Shown here one piece after another: positions 9,639 through 19,954 of a stretch of DNA of 64,000 bases (its first letter is position 1; the number at the start of each line of letters is the position of its first letter). The notes beneath the pieces were generated by a model. That model searched no databases. It saw only the letters and a list, made by a program, of their open reading frames with translations, and was not told the origin of the DNA. Position numbers and translations under genes: made by a program. The DNA is from Planctomycetota bacterium (GTDB taxonomy: Bacteria; Planctomycetota; B15-G4; SIAN01), in assembly GCA_031409275.1 (NCBI GenBank), contig JANNXA010000010.1, positions 128,001 to 192,000 of the forward strand, in the 5' to 3' direction.

Positions 9639-10730
9639 ATGCCCTCCTCCACGATGAGACCCACGGTGATTCCGCACTCGACCCTGCGCCGCACGGCGTG
9701 CGCGCTCTTCTTCGTCTCGCTGGTTCACGCGACCGCTCTCGCGCAGGATCCCGCGTCGGGATCGGAACGTCCGAAGCCTCCGCCACCCGATCCGCAAAGC
9801 AACGCGAATGCGTGGCCGCCGTTCCAGGTCGCCCCGACGACCGTGCGCGAACCCGCGACGCAGGGGGCGCCCAAGAGCGTCGTGGACGCCGACTGGGTGA
9901 TCGGAGTCGAGATCGGCGGCGTCGCGCGCGCCTGGCCACTCACCCTGATTGCCGCGCACGAAGTCGTGAACGACACGGTGGGCGGCGTCGCGCTGGCCAT
10001 CACCTGGTGCGTGACCTGCCAGGCACCCGTCGTCTTCCTGCGCAAGCTGGACGATCGCGAGCTCACGTTGGGCAACTCGCGAACGGCGTGGCGCGCGTCC
10101 GCCGTCCTGTACGACGTCGAGACGAGCAGCCAGTGGTTGCAGTCGACCGGTGAAGCGCGATCGGGCCCCTTGGCGGGACGCTTCCTCGAGGTTGCCCCTT
10201 CCGTCGTGCGCGACTGGGCCGGCTGGCGGGACGACCACCCACAGGGGACGATCGTCGACGACGCGGAACGTGGCCCTGCCGAGCGCGAACGCCTCTTCCT
10301 CTACGACGCACGCGGCCTCGACAGCCTCGGGATCGTCCTGCGCTGCGGTGCGGCCGCTCGCCTGCTGCCGTTGAAGGAACTCGACGCGCGCACGATCGTC
10401 GAGGAGCGCGTCGGCGAGGAGTCGATCCTCGTGATCTATTCCTCCAAGCACCGGATGCTGCACGCCTACGAACCAAGCGTCGAGGGCCTGCCGCTCTCGC
10501 TCGAGCTGCGTCGCGACGGCGAGGGTCGCCCGATCGAGCTCGTCGAGCGCGGCGGCGCCCGTCGCTTCAACGTCTCGACCGGCGCCGCGATCGTCGCAGC
10601 TGGAGCGCCGGCGACCGCCGGACTGCCGCGGCGGATCGCCTACCCGCTGCGCAAAGGCCGCTTCCGCGATTACTTCCCGGAAGGGACGACGTCGAGCGTC
10701 GGTGCGCGACCGACGGGCAAAGAGCGCTGA
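9639..10730 (+). CDS. DUF3179 family protein (start may be a few codons downstream)
   Basis: 'VIGVEIGGVARAWPL...HEVVND...TWCVTC', 'LYDVETSSQWLQSTGEA.SGPL.G', 'W..WR..HP'. Confidence 0.8.
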   Translation: MPSSTMRPTVIPHSTLRRTACALFFVSLVHATALAQDPASGSERPKPPPPDPQSNANAWPPFQVAPTTVREPATQGAPKSVVDADWVIGVEIGGVARAWPLTLIAAHEVVNDTVGGVALAITWCVTCQAPVVFLRKLDDRELTLGNSRTAWRASAVLYDVETSSQWLQSTGEARSGPLAGRFLEVAPSVVRDWAGWRDDHPQGTIVDDAERGPAERERLFLYDARGLDSLGIVLRCGAAARLLPLKELDARTIVEERVGEESILVIYSSKHRMLHAYEPSVEGLPLSLELRRDGEGRPIELVERGGARRFNVSTGAAIVAAGAPATAGLPRRIAYPLRKGRFRDYFPEGTTSSVGARPTGKER

Positions 10731-10803
10731 TCCGGCAGCGCGCCCTTGCCGACCGCATCGACGGCGGCATCCTTCGCAGCCTCTTGTGTCCGGAGGAATC
10801 GCG

Positions 10804-11631
10804 ATGCTCGCGACACTCGTCCTGCTCGCCCAGTCGATCGCGCCCTCCGCGCCGATCGCGCCGTCCACCACGGACGAACTCCTCGCACTGACGAAGGCGC
10901 TGGGTTCCGCGTCGAGCTACCGCGTCGCGACCACGGCGAAGACGACGCGTGCACGGGCGCGAACCACCGACACGGATCCCACCACCACGCCCGACGTCCG
11001 CGAGGACGGCGCGTGGACGATCGACTACGAAGCGGGCAAGCCGCTTCACTTCGTCAGCCTCACGCGCGAGTTCTTCCGTTCCGACACCCAGTTCGTCGTC
11101 CCCCATCCACGCTCCGGAAAGTGGTTCGCGGTCGATCGGGTCAAGGGCGACCTCTCGCAGGCGCCGCGCGGTCACGGCGAGATCGCCAAGATGCTCGACC
11201 AGGCGAACGCGATCGTGTTGCCTCATGAATGGCGCGACGACTTCTCGGCCAGCCTCGCCGACGTGCGCTGCGACACCGTCGACGGTGGCCGCAACTTCAC
11301 CGCCAGGCTCACCGAGGAGACGGCGAAAAAGTGGTGCGCGCCGTTCTCCGTCGTGATCGAACGCGCCCGACCCCAACGCGAAGAGGCTGCCGGCGGCGCA
11401 GCCGCCAGCAGTGGCGCGGCCTCGGATCGCGCGGTCGGCGCGAAGCCGACGGCCACCCTCGCCTTCGTCGTCGTCGACGGGGCGATCGAATCGATCCGTG
11501 CCGAGCTCACCCTCCCGATCGAGGGCTCGCGCGGCGCCAACCTGGTGACGCAGACCTTCCGCTTCTCCGCGGTCGGCAGCGCCAAGGTGGAACTGCCGCC
11601 CGACGTCGCGGCCGTCTTGAAGCTGAAGTAG
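10804..11631 (+). CDS. Secreted hypothetical protein
   Basis: GGAGGA RBS; short signal MLATLVLLAQ; beta-rich body ending 'VELPPDVAAVLKLK'. Confidence 0.65.
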   Translation: MLATLVLLAQSIAPSAPIAPSTTDELLALTKALGSASSYRVATTAKTTRARARTTDTDPTTTPDVREDGAWTIDYEAGKPLHFVSLTREFFRSDTQFVVPHPRSGKWFAVDRVKGDLSQAPRGHGEIAKMLDQANAIVLPHEWRDDFSASLADVRCDTVDGGRNFTARLTEETAKKWCAPFSVVIERARPQREEAAGGAAASSGAASDRAVGAKPTATLAFVVVDGAIESIRAELTLPIEGSRGANLVTQTFRFSAVGSAKVELPPDVAAVLKLK

Positions 11632-13101
11632 TCAGCCGCGAGCGGCGCGACGCGCCAGCCAGCCGACGCCAAGCGTCCCCAGCGATCCGACCAGCGCGTA
11701 CCACGGCCAGGCCAGCGGCGTGAAGCGCCAGATCGCCGTCATGCCGGCAAGGCCGACGCAGAACGCCGTCAGCGCCGCGGTGCTGTCTCGCGTGCGCGCC
11801 AACGGATCGATCGGCAGAGGTCCGAGCATGCGCGCCAGGAAGAAGAGGCCGAGCGTGATGCCGCTGGTGAAGCTCGCGATCTGCAGCACGACGTCGACCA
11901 CGCTGCGTTCGAGCGCCGTGCCGCACAACGCCAGCGCCCCCTGCAGGAGCGCGAATCCCAGCGTCGCGACGCGCGCGACACGCAGACGCGCCCGATCGTC
12001 ATGGGCGAGCCGTTTCCACGACCCCGCGAAGTCGTTGACCAGCGCGCTCGCCGAGGCGTTGAGCGAACTCGACAGCGTCGACATCGACACCGCGAAGACG
12101 GCGCCGAGGATCAACCCGACCGCGCCCGGCAGCTCGGTGAGGCGCGTCACGATGAAAGCGGCGAAGACCGAGTCGCCTTTGCCAAGCGGCGGATCTTGCG
12201 GCCGATCGATGAACCACGCGTGCAACGCGAGCCCGAGCAGCAGGAACAGCCCGAACTGCAGCAGCACGACGACGCCGCTCGTCACCATCGCGCGCCGGGC
12301 GCCGCGCTGGTCCTTGGCGCACAAGTAGCGCTGCACCATGAGCTGATCGGTGCCGTGCGTCGCCAGCGTGAGGAACGCGCCGCCGAGCAATCCAGCGAGC
12401 AGCGTGTCGGTGCGCGTCAGGTCGAGGCCGAAGTCGAAGATGCGCAGCTTCCCGGCGACGTTCGCGCGCGCGACGACCTCCGCGAGGCCACCGCGAGTGT
12501 CGCTCGCGGCGACGGCCAGCGCCAGGACGCCGCCGCCGACATAGATGAAGAACTGCACGACATCGGTCCACACCACCGCGCGCACGCCACCGAACCACGT
12601 GTAGGCGACGGTCACTCCCGCCATCAACGCCACCGCTCCCGAAAGCGGCCAGCCGGTCAGGAGATGCAGCGGCAGCGCGGTGAGGTAGAGGCGCAGGCCA
12701 TCGCCGAGCGTGCGCGTCACCAGGAACAGCAGCGAACTCGACCGCTTCACGCGCGATCCGAAGCGCTGGCCGAGCACTTCGTAGGCCGTCAGCACTCGCC
12801 CCTCGAAATAGAGCGGCAGCAGCAGGCGAGCGACCACCAGCCGCCCCACCACGTATCCCAGCGGCAGCTGCAGGAAGCGCAGGTCACCGCCGAATGCGAT
12901 CCCCGGCACGCTGAGGAAGGTGACGCTGCTCGTTTCCGTGGCGACGATCGAGAGGAGGACCGCCCCCCACGGCACGTCGCGCTCACCGGCCAGGAAGCTC
13001 GTCGTCGACTGTGCCCGTCGCCCGAGGAGGAGCCCGGCCGCGAGCGCCACCACCAGCGTCGCCACCAGCACCAGAACGTCGAGCGGCGAGAGGTCACCCA
13101 A
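11632..13101 (-). CDS. Sodium:solute symporter (SSS) family transporter
   Basis: About 13 TM segments; 'SIVATETSSVTFLSVPG', 'GG.RAVVWTD..Q', 'GTDQLMVQRYL', 'MSTLSSSLNA'. Confidence 0.9.
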   Translation of the reverse strand: MGDLSPLDVLVLVATLVVALAAGLLLGRRAQSTTSFLAGERDVPWGAVLLSIVATETSSVTFLSVPGIAFGGDLRFLQLPLGYVVGRLVVARLLLPLYFEGRVLTAYEVLGQRFGSRVKRSSSLLFLVTRTLGDGLRLYLTALPLHLLTGWPLSGAVALMAGVTVAYTWFGGVRAVVWTDVVQFFIYVGGGVLALAVAASDTRGGLAEVVARANVAGKLRIFDFGLDLTRTDTLLAGLLGGAFLTLATHGTDQLMVQRYLCAKDQRGARRAMVTSGVVVLLQFGLFLLLGLALHAWFIDRPQDPPLGKGDSVFAAFIVTRLTELPGAVGLILGAVFAVSMSTLSSSLNASASALVNDFAGSWKRLAHDDRARLRVARVATLGFALLQGALALCGTALERSVVDVVLQIASFTSGITLGLFFLARMLGPLPIDPLARTRDSTAALTAFCVGLAGMTAIWRFTPLAWPWYALVGSLGTLGVGWLARRAARG

Positions 13102-13157
13102 GATTTGCTGCCTCCCCGCTCTTTCGCCCCGTCGTGCGCGGCGGTTTTATCTACGCC

Positions 13158-14969
13158 ATGAGCCAGCGCCCCGACCCGAACCTTCCGCTGACCGAAAAGT
13201 CCCATCCGGCCGCGGCGCACCTCGACGCGATGCCCACGCGCGACCTCGTCCTGCTGATGAACGACGAGGACGCCCACGTCGCTGCGGCGGTCCGTCGCGA
13301 ACTCGACTCGATCGCGCAGGCCATCGACGCCATCGCGGCACGGCTGCGCGACGGCGGCCGACTGCTCTACGTGGGCGCCGGAACATCGGGGCGACTCGGC
13401 GTGCTCGACGCATCCGAATGTCCACCCACCTTCGGCACGCCGCCGGAGCTCGTGGTCGGCGTGATCGCCGGCGGGCACGCGGCGCTGACTCGCGCGCAGG
13501 AAGGCGCCGAAGATGACGAGGAGGCGGCGCGCGACGCGCTGCGAGCACTCGCCGTCGGCGCGAAGGATGCCGTCGTCGGGATCTCGGCCAGCGGCGCCAC
13601 GCCGTACGTCCTCGCCGCGCTCGTCCACGCCAGGAGCGTCGGTGCGCTCGCGGTCGCGCTGAGCTGCAACCCGGGCACGCCGCTCGCGCGCGTCGCCACT
13701 CTCGCCATCACCCCCGTCACCGGGCCCGAAGTGGTCGCCGGCTCGACGCGACTGAAAGCCGGTAGCGCCACCAAGCTCGTGCTGAACATGCTGTCGACCG
13801 GCGTCATGGTCCGGCTCGGCCGCGTGCAGGGCAACCAGATGGTCGACCTGAAGGCCAGCAACAAGAAGCTGATCGAGCGCTCCGAGCGCATGGTGGAAGA
13901 GCTCGGACACGTCGATCGCGAGCAGGCGCGCGCGCTGCTGGCTGCGCACGGCGGTTCCGTGCGCGCGGCGCTGCAAGCGCTGGCACCGGCCGCCGCGACG
14001 GCGCGCGCCGCGAACGAACCGGGCTGGCTCGCCGGCATCGACGGCGGCGGCAGCAAGACCGCCATCGCGCTGGCGGCGCCCGTCGGCGCCGAGCGCGCGG
14101 TCGCACCGATGCGCATCGCGCAGCCTTGCAACTTCGCCACCGACTTCGACGGCGCGCTGCAAGCCGTCGAGGAGGCGATCGCGGTGGCCTCGGCCACGAG
14201 CGATCGACCGAGCGGGCCGCTCGCCGCGGTGGTGATCGCCGCTGCCGGCACCAGCGATCCGCTGCTACGCGCACGCGCTTGCGAGCGGCTGCGCGCGCGC
14301 GGCCTCGCGACGCAGGTCGAGCTGCTGCATGACGCGGCGCCGCTGTTGATGGCGTCGGCACCCCACGCGACCGGGGTCGTCGTGCTCTCCGGCACCGGCT
14401 CGTTCGCGTTCGCGCGCGATCTGCATGGGCAGGCCGCGCGCGCCGGCGGCCTCGGCTCGCTGCTCGGCGACGACGGCAGCGCCTATGAACTCGGTCGCTT
14501 CGCGTTGCGCGCCGCGGCACGCGCGGCGGACGGGCGCGGCGCGAAGCTGGCGCTGGTGCGCGCCGTCTTCGCCGCGATCGGCAGCGATGACGCGCGCGCG
14601 GTGGTCCGCTACGCGTGGGAGTTGCGCAGCCCGCAGCGCATCGCCGAGCTCGCACCGTTGGTCACGCAGGCCGCGGAAGCTGGCGATCCGGTGGCGCAGC
14701 AACTCGTCGAGCGCGCCGCCAGCGAGCTCGCCCTGATGGCGAAGACGGTGGTGCGCAAGCTCGCATGGCGCGGCCGCGTGCCGCTGGTGCTGGCCGGCGG
14801 CGTCTTCGACCATGCGCCGGCGCTGCGGCGCGGGGTCGTCGCGGCGCTGCAGGGCATGGGGGTCAGTGCCGACGTGCTGCCGAGCGGCGATGCGGCCCTC
14901 GGCGCGCTGAGCCTCGCCCGCGAGCTGCAGGCGGGGCGCCTCGACGCCGCCGGTTGGTTCCCGGCCTGA
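13158..14969 (+). CDS. murQ: MurNAc-6-phosphate etherase MurQ fused to a BadF/BadG/BcrA/BcrD-family (MurK/NagK-like) sugar kinase
   Basis: GAGTSGRLGVLDASECPPTFG and GPEVVAGSTRLKAGSATKLVLNMLSTG (MurQ); then GIDGGGSKT, HDA, SGTGS, GGLGSLLGDDGS (kinase). Confidence 0.9.
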   Translation: MSQRPDPNLPLTEKSHPAAAHLDAMPTRDLVLLMNDEDAHVAAAVRRELDSIAQAIDAIAARLRDGGRLLYVGAGTSGRLGVLDASECPPTFGTPPELVVGVIAGGHAALTRAQEGAEDDEEAARDALRALAVGAKDAVVGISASGATPYVLAALVHARSVGALAVALSCNPGTPLARVATLAITPVTGPEVVAGSTRLKAGSATKLVLNMLSTGVMVRLGRVQGNQMVDLKASNKKLIERSERMVEELGHVDREQARALLAAHGGSVRAALQALAPAAATARAANEPGWLAGIDGGGSKTAIALAAPVGAERAVAPMRIAQPCNFATDFDGALQAVEEAIAVASATSDRPSGPLAAVVIAAAGTSDPLLRARACERLRARGLATQVELLHDAAPLLMASAPHATGVVVLSGTGSFAFARDLHGQAARAGGLGSLLGDDGSAYELGRFALRAAARAADGRGAKLALVRAVFAAIGSDDARAVVRYAWELRSPQRIAELAPLVTQAAEAGDPVAQQLVERAASELALMAKTVVRKLAWRGRVPLVLAGGVFDHAPALRRGVVAALQGMGVSADVLPSGDAALGALSLARELQAGRLDAAGWFPA

Positions 14970-15147
14970 CCGACCGCGCGAAAACTCGCCGCTCTTCCCT
15001 GGGAGGCGCCATCGAGCCCACTGCGATGGAACTTCTCGATCCCTGCGCCGAGCGAAGACGAGCCCGTGCAACCTCCTGGAACTGGGCTAGCTTCTGCCGT
15101 CCTGCCCGGGCCTGACACTCGAATCCCGCAACGGAGGAAGAGAAGGA

Positions 15148-17253
15148 ATGAAGCCTGGAATCATCACGTTCGGCGCTCTCGCGCTCGTCGCCACCGGCGT
15201 CGTCGCACAGCAACGGCCTCGCGGCGACGACCAGAATCGCGGCGCCCCGGCCGCGATCGACCTGAGTCGCGAGCACAAGGCGGGCAAGCTCGTCTACCGC
15301 ATGAAGGTGGATGGCGACTCCGCACCGCGCCGCGCGCTCGAAGCGAGTGTCGGCGCCGTCCGCGGCAAGGAGATCTTCAACGGTCTCCTCTACGAGATGG
15401 AGCTCGCTCCCGGCGCCGACCTGCGCGCCGCGTTGACGAAGCTCAGCGCCGACCCGCGCGTGAAGTACGCGCAGCCGAGCTGGATCTACCACGTCGACAA
15501 CACGCCCAACGACCCGTCGTTCACGTCGCAGTGGGGTTGGGACCAGGCGAATGACGCCGACATCGACGCGACCGAGGCGTGGGACACGGCGACCGACGCC
15601 ACCGCCGCGCTCATCGCGGTGATCGACACCGGCATCGACTACAACCACCAGGACCTCGCCGCGAACATCTGGGTCAACCCGGACGAGATCGCCGGCAACG
15701 GCATCGACGACGACGCCAACGGCTGGATCGACGACATCCACGGCGCCGACACCGTCAACAACGACGGCGATCCGATGGACGACCACTCGCACGGCACCCA
15801 CTGCGCCGGCACCATCGGCGCGGTCGGCAACAACGGCGTCGGCGTCACCGGCGCCAGCTGGAACGCGCGCATCATGGCGCTCAAGTTCCTCGACGCCGGC
15901 GGCTCCGGCGACACCGCGGATGCGGTCGAGGCGATCGACTACGCCGTGCGCAAGGAAGCGCACGTGACCAGCAACTCCTGGGGCGGGTACGGGACCGACC
16001 AGGCGCTCTACGACGCGATCGACGCGGCGGGCGACTGCGGCCAGCTCTTCGTCGCGGCGGCTGGCAACAACGCGATCAACATCGAAGGGCAGTTCTGGCT
16101 GCCAAGCGGCTTCGACCTCGACGAGATCGTCAGCATTGCGGCGACGAACTCGGGCGACGGCCTCGCGTGGTTCAGCAACTGGGGCCCGATCAGCGTCGAC
16201 CTCGCGGCGCCGGGCGAGAGCATCCTCTCGACGACGCCGGGCAACGGCTACTCCTACTTCTCAGGCACCTCGATGGCCACGCCGCACGTCGCGGGCGTCG
16301 CCAACATGCTCTTCGCCCTGTCCGGCACGCGCGATGGACTCGCGGTCAAGCAGTGGATCATGGACAGCGTCGATCCGCTGCCCGCCCTGTCAGGCCTGAT
16401 GGTCACCGGCGGTCGCCTCAACTATGACGCGGCCCTCGACCAGATCCCGGCCGCGCCGACGCTGCCGAGCAGCGGCATCCTCTTCTCGCTGCGCAAGAAC
16501 ACGACGATCGGCGCGCAGACGATGTTCCGCTGGGACGTCTGGCACCTCGACCCGGTCACGGGCCTCTACACGCTGGTCTATGACGGGCTCGACGTGCAGG
16601 CAGCGCCGACCAACATCGACGCCGTCGCCGCCATGCCGGACGGCAGCCTGCTGATGAGCTTCAACCAGACCACGACGATGGTCTGCCTCTTCGGCGGCCC
16701 CAACGGCAACGTCGTCGACGAGCAGGACATCGTCCGCTTCGTGCCCTACAGCTACGGCAGCACGACCTTCGGCCACTTCGAGTTCTATCTCGATGGCAGC
16801 GACATCGGCCTCGACACGGTCGACGAGGACATCGACGCGCTCGCGCTCGATGGCACCGGCAACCTGCTGATCTCGACGCAAGGGCAGTTCAGCGTCCCCG
16901 GCCTGAGCGGGTTCAACGAGGACGTGCTGCTGTTCGCGCCGACGGCGCTCGGCAAGAACAGCGCGGGCTCGATCTCGATGTTCCTGCGCGGCCAGGACCC
17001 CGACGTCAAGCTCGGCCAGTCGACCGAGAACATCGACGCGATCGACTTCGATTCCGCCACCAACACGATGTTCATCTCGACCGACGGCAACTTCCAGGTG
17101 CCGGTGAGCCTCACCGGACAGAACGACGACATCCTCGAGTTCGTCGGCACGGCGTGGGGCACCAACCCTGCCGGCACCTTCACGATCGGGTTCGACGGGG
17201 CGCCTTACGGCCTCGACCCGCACGACACCGATGCGCTCGAGATCCTGCCCTGA
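15148..17253 (+). CDS. Secreted S8 subtilisin-like serine peptidase with repetitive C-terminal domain
   Basis: Signal peptide; catalytic triad VIDTG, HGTHCAG, GTSMATP; AAGN oxyanion motif. Confidence 0.92.
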   Translation: MKPGIITFGALALVATGVVAQQRPRGDDQNRGAPAAIDLSREHKAGKLVYRMKVDGDSAPRRALEASVGAVRGKEIFNGLLYEMELAPGADLRAALTKLSADPRVKYAQPSWIYHVDNTPNDPSFTSQWGWDQANDADIDATEAWDTATDATAALIAVIDTGIDYNHQDLAANIWVNPDEIAGNGIDDDANGWIDDIHGADTVNNDGDPMDDHSHGTHCAGTIGAVGNNGVGVTGASWNARIMALKFLDAGGSGDTADAVEAIDYAVRKEAHVTSNSWGGYGTDQALYDAIDAAGDCGQLFVAAAGNNAINIEGQFWLPSGFDLDEIVSIAATNSGDGLAWFSNWGPISVDLAAPGESILSTTPGNGYSYFSGTSMATPHVAGVANMLFALSGTRDGLAVKQWIMDSVDPLPALSGLMVTGGRLNYDAALDQIPAAPTLPSSGILFSLRKNTTIGAQTMFRWDVWHLDPVTGLYTLVYDGLDVQAAPTNIDAVAAMPDGSLLMSFNQTTTMVCLFGGPNGNVVDEQDIVRFVPYSYGSTTFGHFEFYLDGSDIGLDTVDEDIDALALDGTGNLLISTQGQFSVPGLSGFNEDVLLFAPTALGKNSAGSISMFLRGQDPDVKLGQSTENIDAIDFDSATNTMFISTDGNFQVPVSLTGQNDDILEFVGTAWGTNPAGTFTIGFDGAPYGLDPHDTDALEILP

Positions 17254-17306
17254 GCGCGCTGCGGTGAACGACCGGCGGCAAGGGGCCGCAAGTTCCTGAA
17301 CGCATG

Positions 17307-17344
17307 CGGGGGAGCGGGCGCGAGCTCGCTCCCCCGTTCCTTTG
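17307..17344 (+). terminator. Probable intrinsic terminator after the S8 gene
   Basis: Stem CGGGGGAGCGGGC / GCTCGCTCCCCCG (one G-U pair), GCGA loop, followed by TTCCTTTG. Confidence 0.65.
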
Positions 17345-17407
17345 CTGCACGCGGCATGATCGGCGACCCGTGCGCCCGCCTCGGCGCGCACTCGCCGAGG
17401 ACTCGCG

Positions 17408-19954
17408 ATGCTCTTCGCTGCGCTCGCCGCCTGCTCGTTCCTGGCCTCCGAGCCCACCCTCGTGCGCGACTGGCGAGTGATCGCGCCGCTCGACGAACGG
17501 GGCCGCCGCGCGTTCAACCCCAGCGCCGTGCTCGCCCACCACCTGCTCGATCGCAACGCGCCGCCGCCCATCGTCGGCGAGAAGCTCCTCGGCGAGCGCG
17601 GCGTCGAGCAGCCTTGGGAGCGGCGCACCGCCGATGCGAACGGCAGCGTCAGCGGCGCTCCGATCGCGGCCGCCTGCGCGCTGCTCGAGTGGCCGCGCAG
17701 CGAAGTGGTGCTGGCCGACCTCGACGGCGCCACCACGCTGTGGGTGAACGGCACGCCGCAGGTCGGCGACGTCTACGGCGATGGCATCGGCGGGCTGCCG
17801 GTGGCACTGAACAAGGGAACGAACCGGCTCGTCGTCACCGGCGTGCGCGGCAGCTTCCGACTCGCGCTCTCGACGCCGAGCGCGCCGCTGATCGCGAACC
17901 CGTTCGACGCGACGCTGCCCGATCTGGTGGTGGGCGGACGTTCGTGGGAGATGCGCACTGGAATCGACGCGGCGATCGTCGTGATGAACGCGAGCGCCGC
18001 GCCGCTGCCGCAAGTCGTGGTCGAGAGCGGCTCGGCGGACGAGAGCGCGCCGTTCGAATTCGTCACGACCGTCGAGCGCGCGGGGCTGCCGCCGCTGGGC
18101 CTTCGAAAGGTGGCGCTCCGGCTCCAGGCTCGAACGGAGCATCCCGTTTTCCAGGCGCCTGGCCGAGTCACGGTGCCGATCACCGTGCGTGCGGGCGACC
18201 ACGTCGCGACGACGACCCTCTCGCTCGAGCTCAAGCCGGCGCTCGCGCTGCGCCGCCAGACGCGCCGTTCACGCATCGACGACTCGGTGCAGGAGTACGC
18301 CGTGCTTCCGCCAAACGACGGCGCCGCCGACTCGCTGGTGCTGACGCTGCACGGCGCCGGTGTCGACGCGTTCGGCCACGCCGGCAGCTACTCGGCGAAG
18401 CCCGATTTCTGGGTCGTCGCGCCCACCAACCGTCGCCGCTTCGGCTTCGACTGGCAGGACTGGGGCCGTCTTGACGCCTACGAAACGCTGACCGACGCCT
18501 GCTTCCGGATCGGCGGCGACCTCAAGGAAGGCACGTCGTCGATCGACCCGACGCGGCCGCACCGCCGCGTCTACCTCACGGGCCACTCGATGGGCGGCCA
18601 CGGGACGTGGCATCTCGCCGCCAACGATCCCGCGACCTTCGCCGCCATCGCCCCGAGCGCCGGCTGGTCGAGCTTCGACAGCTACGGCGGCCGACCCGCG
18701 GGCGCGCTGGCAGAGCTCTGGCAGGCGGCCGACGGCGCGTCGCGCACGCTCTCGCTGATCGACAACCTGAAGCAGTTGCCGACCTTCGTGCTCCACGGCA
18801 CCGCCGACGACAACGTGCCGGCGAGCGAGGCGCGCCTGATGCTCGACGCGCTCGCGAGCGCCGGCGCGGAACCGGCGAGCCACCTGCAGGAAGGGGCGGG
18901 CCACTGGTGGGACGGCGACGCGTCGCCTGGCGCCGACTGCGTCGACTGGCCGGCGATCTTCGAGCTCTTCCGCAGCCACCGCCGCTCGACGCCGATCCAT
19001 GCCGTCTCGTTCACCTCGAACGACCCGTCGACCCAGGCGAGCTGCGACTGGATCCACGTCGAGCAGCTCGAACGCTACGGCCAGCCGTTTCGTGTCGACG
19101 CAACGTGGGATCCCGTGTCGCGCACCGGCACGGTCACGACGCGCAACGTCTTGCGCCTCTGGCTGCGAACGCCCGACCTCGCCGACGTCGCGACGTGGAC
19201 GCTCGACGGCGCGACCCCGGCGACGACCGCGGCGGAACGAAAGGGCCGCGATCAGAAGTTCGAGCGCCGCGAAGGCCGCTGGCGCAAGGTGGGTGGCGAT
19301 GCCGCTGTGGACGGTGGTTGGACGGAAGCGGGCAAGTTCGTCAGCAGCTGGCCGTTCCCTTCGATCGGCCCGTTCAAGCGCGTGTTCGACGACCATTTCG
19401 TCCTCGTCTACGGCACCCAGGGAACGCCGGCCGAGACGCGCGAACTGCTCGATCGCGCCCGCTTCGACGCCGCCCACTGGTGGTACCGCGCCAACGGCCG
19501 CGCCGTATTGGTGAGCGACGTGCAGTGGCTGGCGCTCGATCGCGGCATCGATCTGCTCGACGATTGGGATCGCCCGTCGCGCGAGGACCGCTATCCCAAC
19601 GTCCTCCTCTACGGCAACCGCGACAGCAACGCCGCCTGGGCCGAGCTGGTGCCGTCGAACGCACCCTTCGACGCCGCACGCGGCGAGCTTCGCCTCGGCG
19701 ACAAGCGGTTCGAGGGGTACTCGCTCGGCGCCTGCGTCGTGCTGCCGCGGCGCCGCCTCGGTGGCCTCGTCGGCCTCTGCGCCGACACCGGCGCGCGCGG
19801 CACGCGGCTCGGCTACGTGCTGACGCCCTTCATCAGCGGCGTCGGCTATCCCGACTTCACGCTCTTCTCGGCCGACGTGCTGACGAAAGGCGACGGCGGC
19901 GTGCTGGCCGCAGGCTGGTTCGATTCGCGCTGGCGCGTGCAGGACGATCGATGA
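17408..19954 (+). CDS. Secreted multidomain alpha/beta hydrolase (S9/esterase-like)
   Basis: LHGAG, nucleophile elbow GHSMGG, HGTADDNV (Asp), GAGHWW (His). Confidence 0.8.
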   Translation: MLFAALAACSFLASEPTLVRDWRVIAPLDERGRRAFNPSAVLAHHLLDRNAPPPIVGEKLLGERGVEQPWERRTADANGSVSGAPIAAACALLEWPRSEVVLADLDGATTLWVNGTPQVGDVYGDGIGGLPVALNKGTNRLVVTGVRGSFRLALSTPSAPLIANPFDATLPDLVVGGRSWEMRTGIDAAIVVMNASAAPLPQVVVESGSADESAPFEFVTTVERAGLPPLGLRKVALRLQARTEHPVFQAPGRVTVPITVRAGDHVATTTLSLELKPALALRRQTRRSRIDDSVQEYAVLPPNDGAADSLVLTLHGAGVDAFGHAGSYSAKPDFWVVAPTNRRRFGFDWQDWGRLDAYETLTDACFRIGGDLKEGTSSIDPTRPHRRVYLTGHSMGGHGTWHLAANDPATFAAIAPSAGWSSFDSYGGRPAGALAELWQAADGASRTLSLIDNLKQLPTFVLHGTADDNVPASEARLMLDALASAGAEPASHLQEGAGHWWDGDASPGADCVDWPAIFELFRSHRRSTPIHAVSFTSNDPSTQASCDWIHVEQLERYGQPFRVDATWDPVSRTGTVTTRNVLRLWLRTPDLADVATWTLDGATPATTAAERKGRDQKFERREGRWRKVGGDAAVDGGWTEAGKFVSSWPFPSIGPFKRVFDDHFVLVYGTQGTPAETRELLDRARFDAAHWWYRANGRAVLVSDVQWLALDRGIDLLDDWDRPSREDRYPNVLLYGNRDSNAAWAELVPSNAPFDAARGELRLGDKRFEGYSLGACVVLPRRRLGGLVGLCADTGARGTRLGYVLTPFISGVGYPDFTLFSADVLTKGDGGVLAAGWFDSRWRVQDDR

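Noticed and set aside
9639..10730. DUF3179 protein as a selenoprotein
   Set aside because: The motif is CVTC with ordinary Cys codons and no in-frame TGA.
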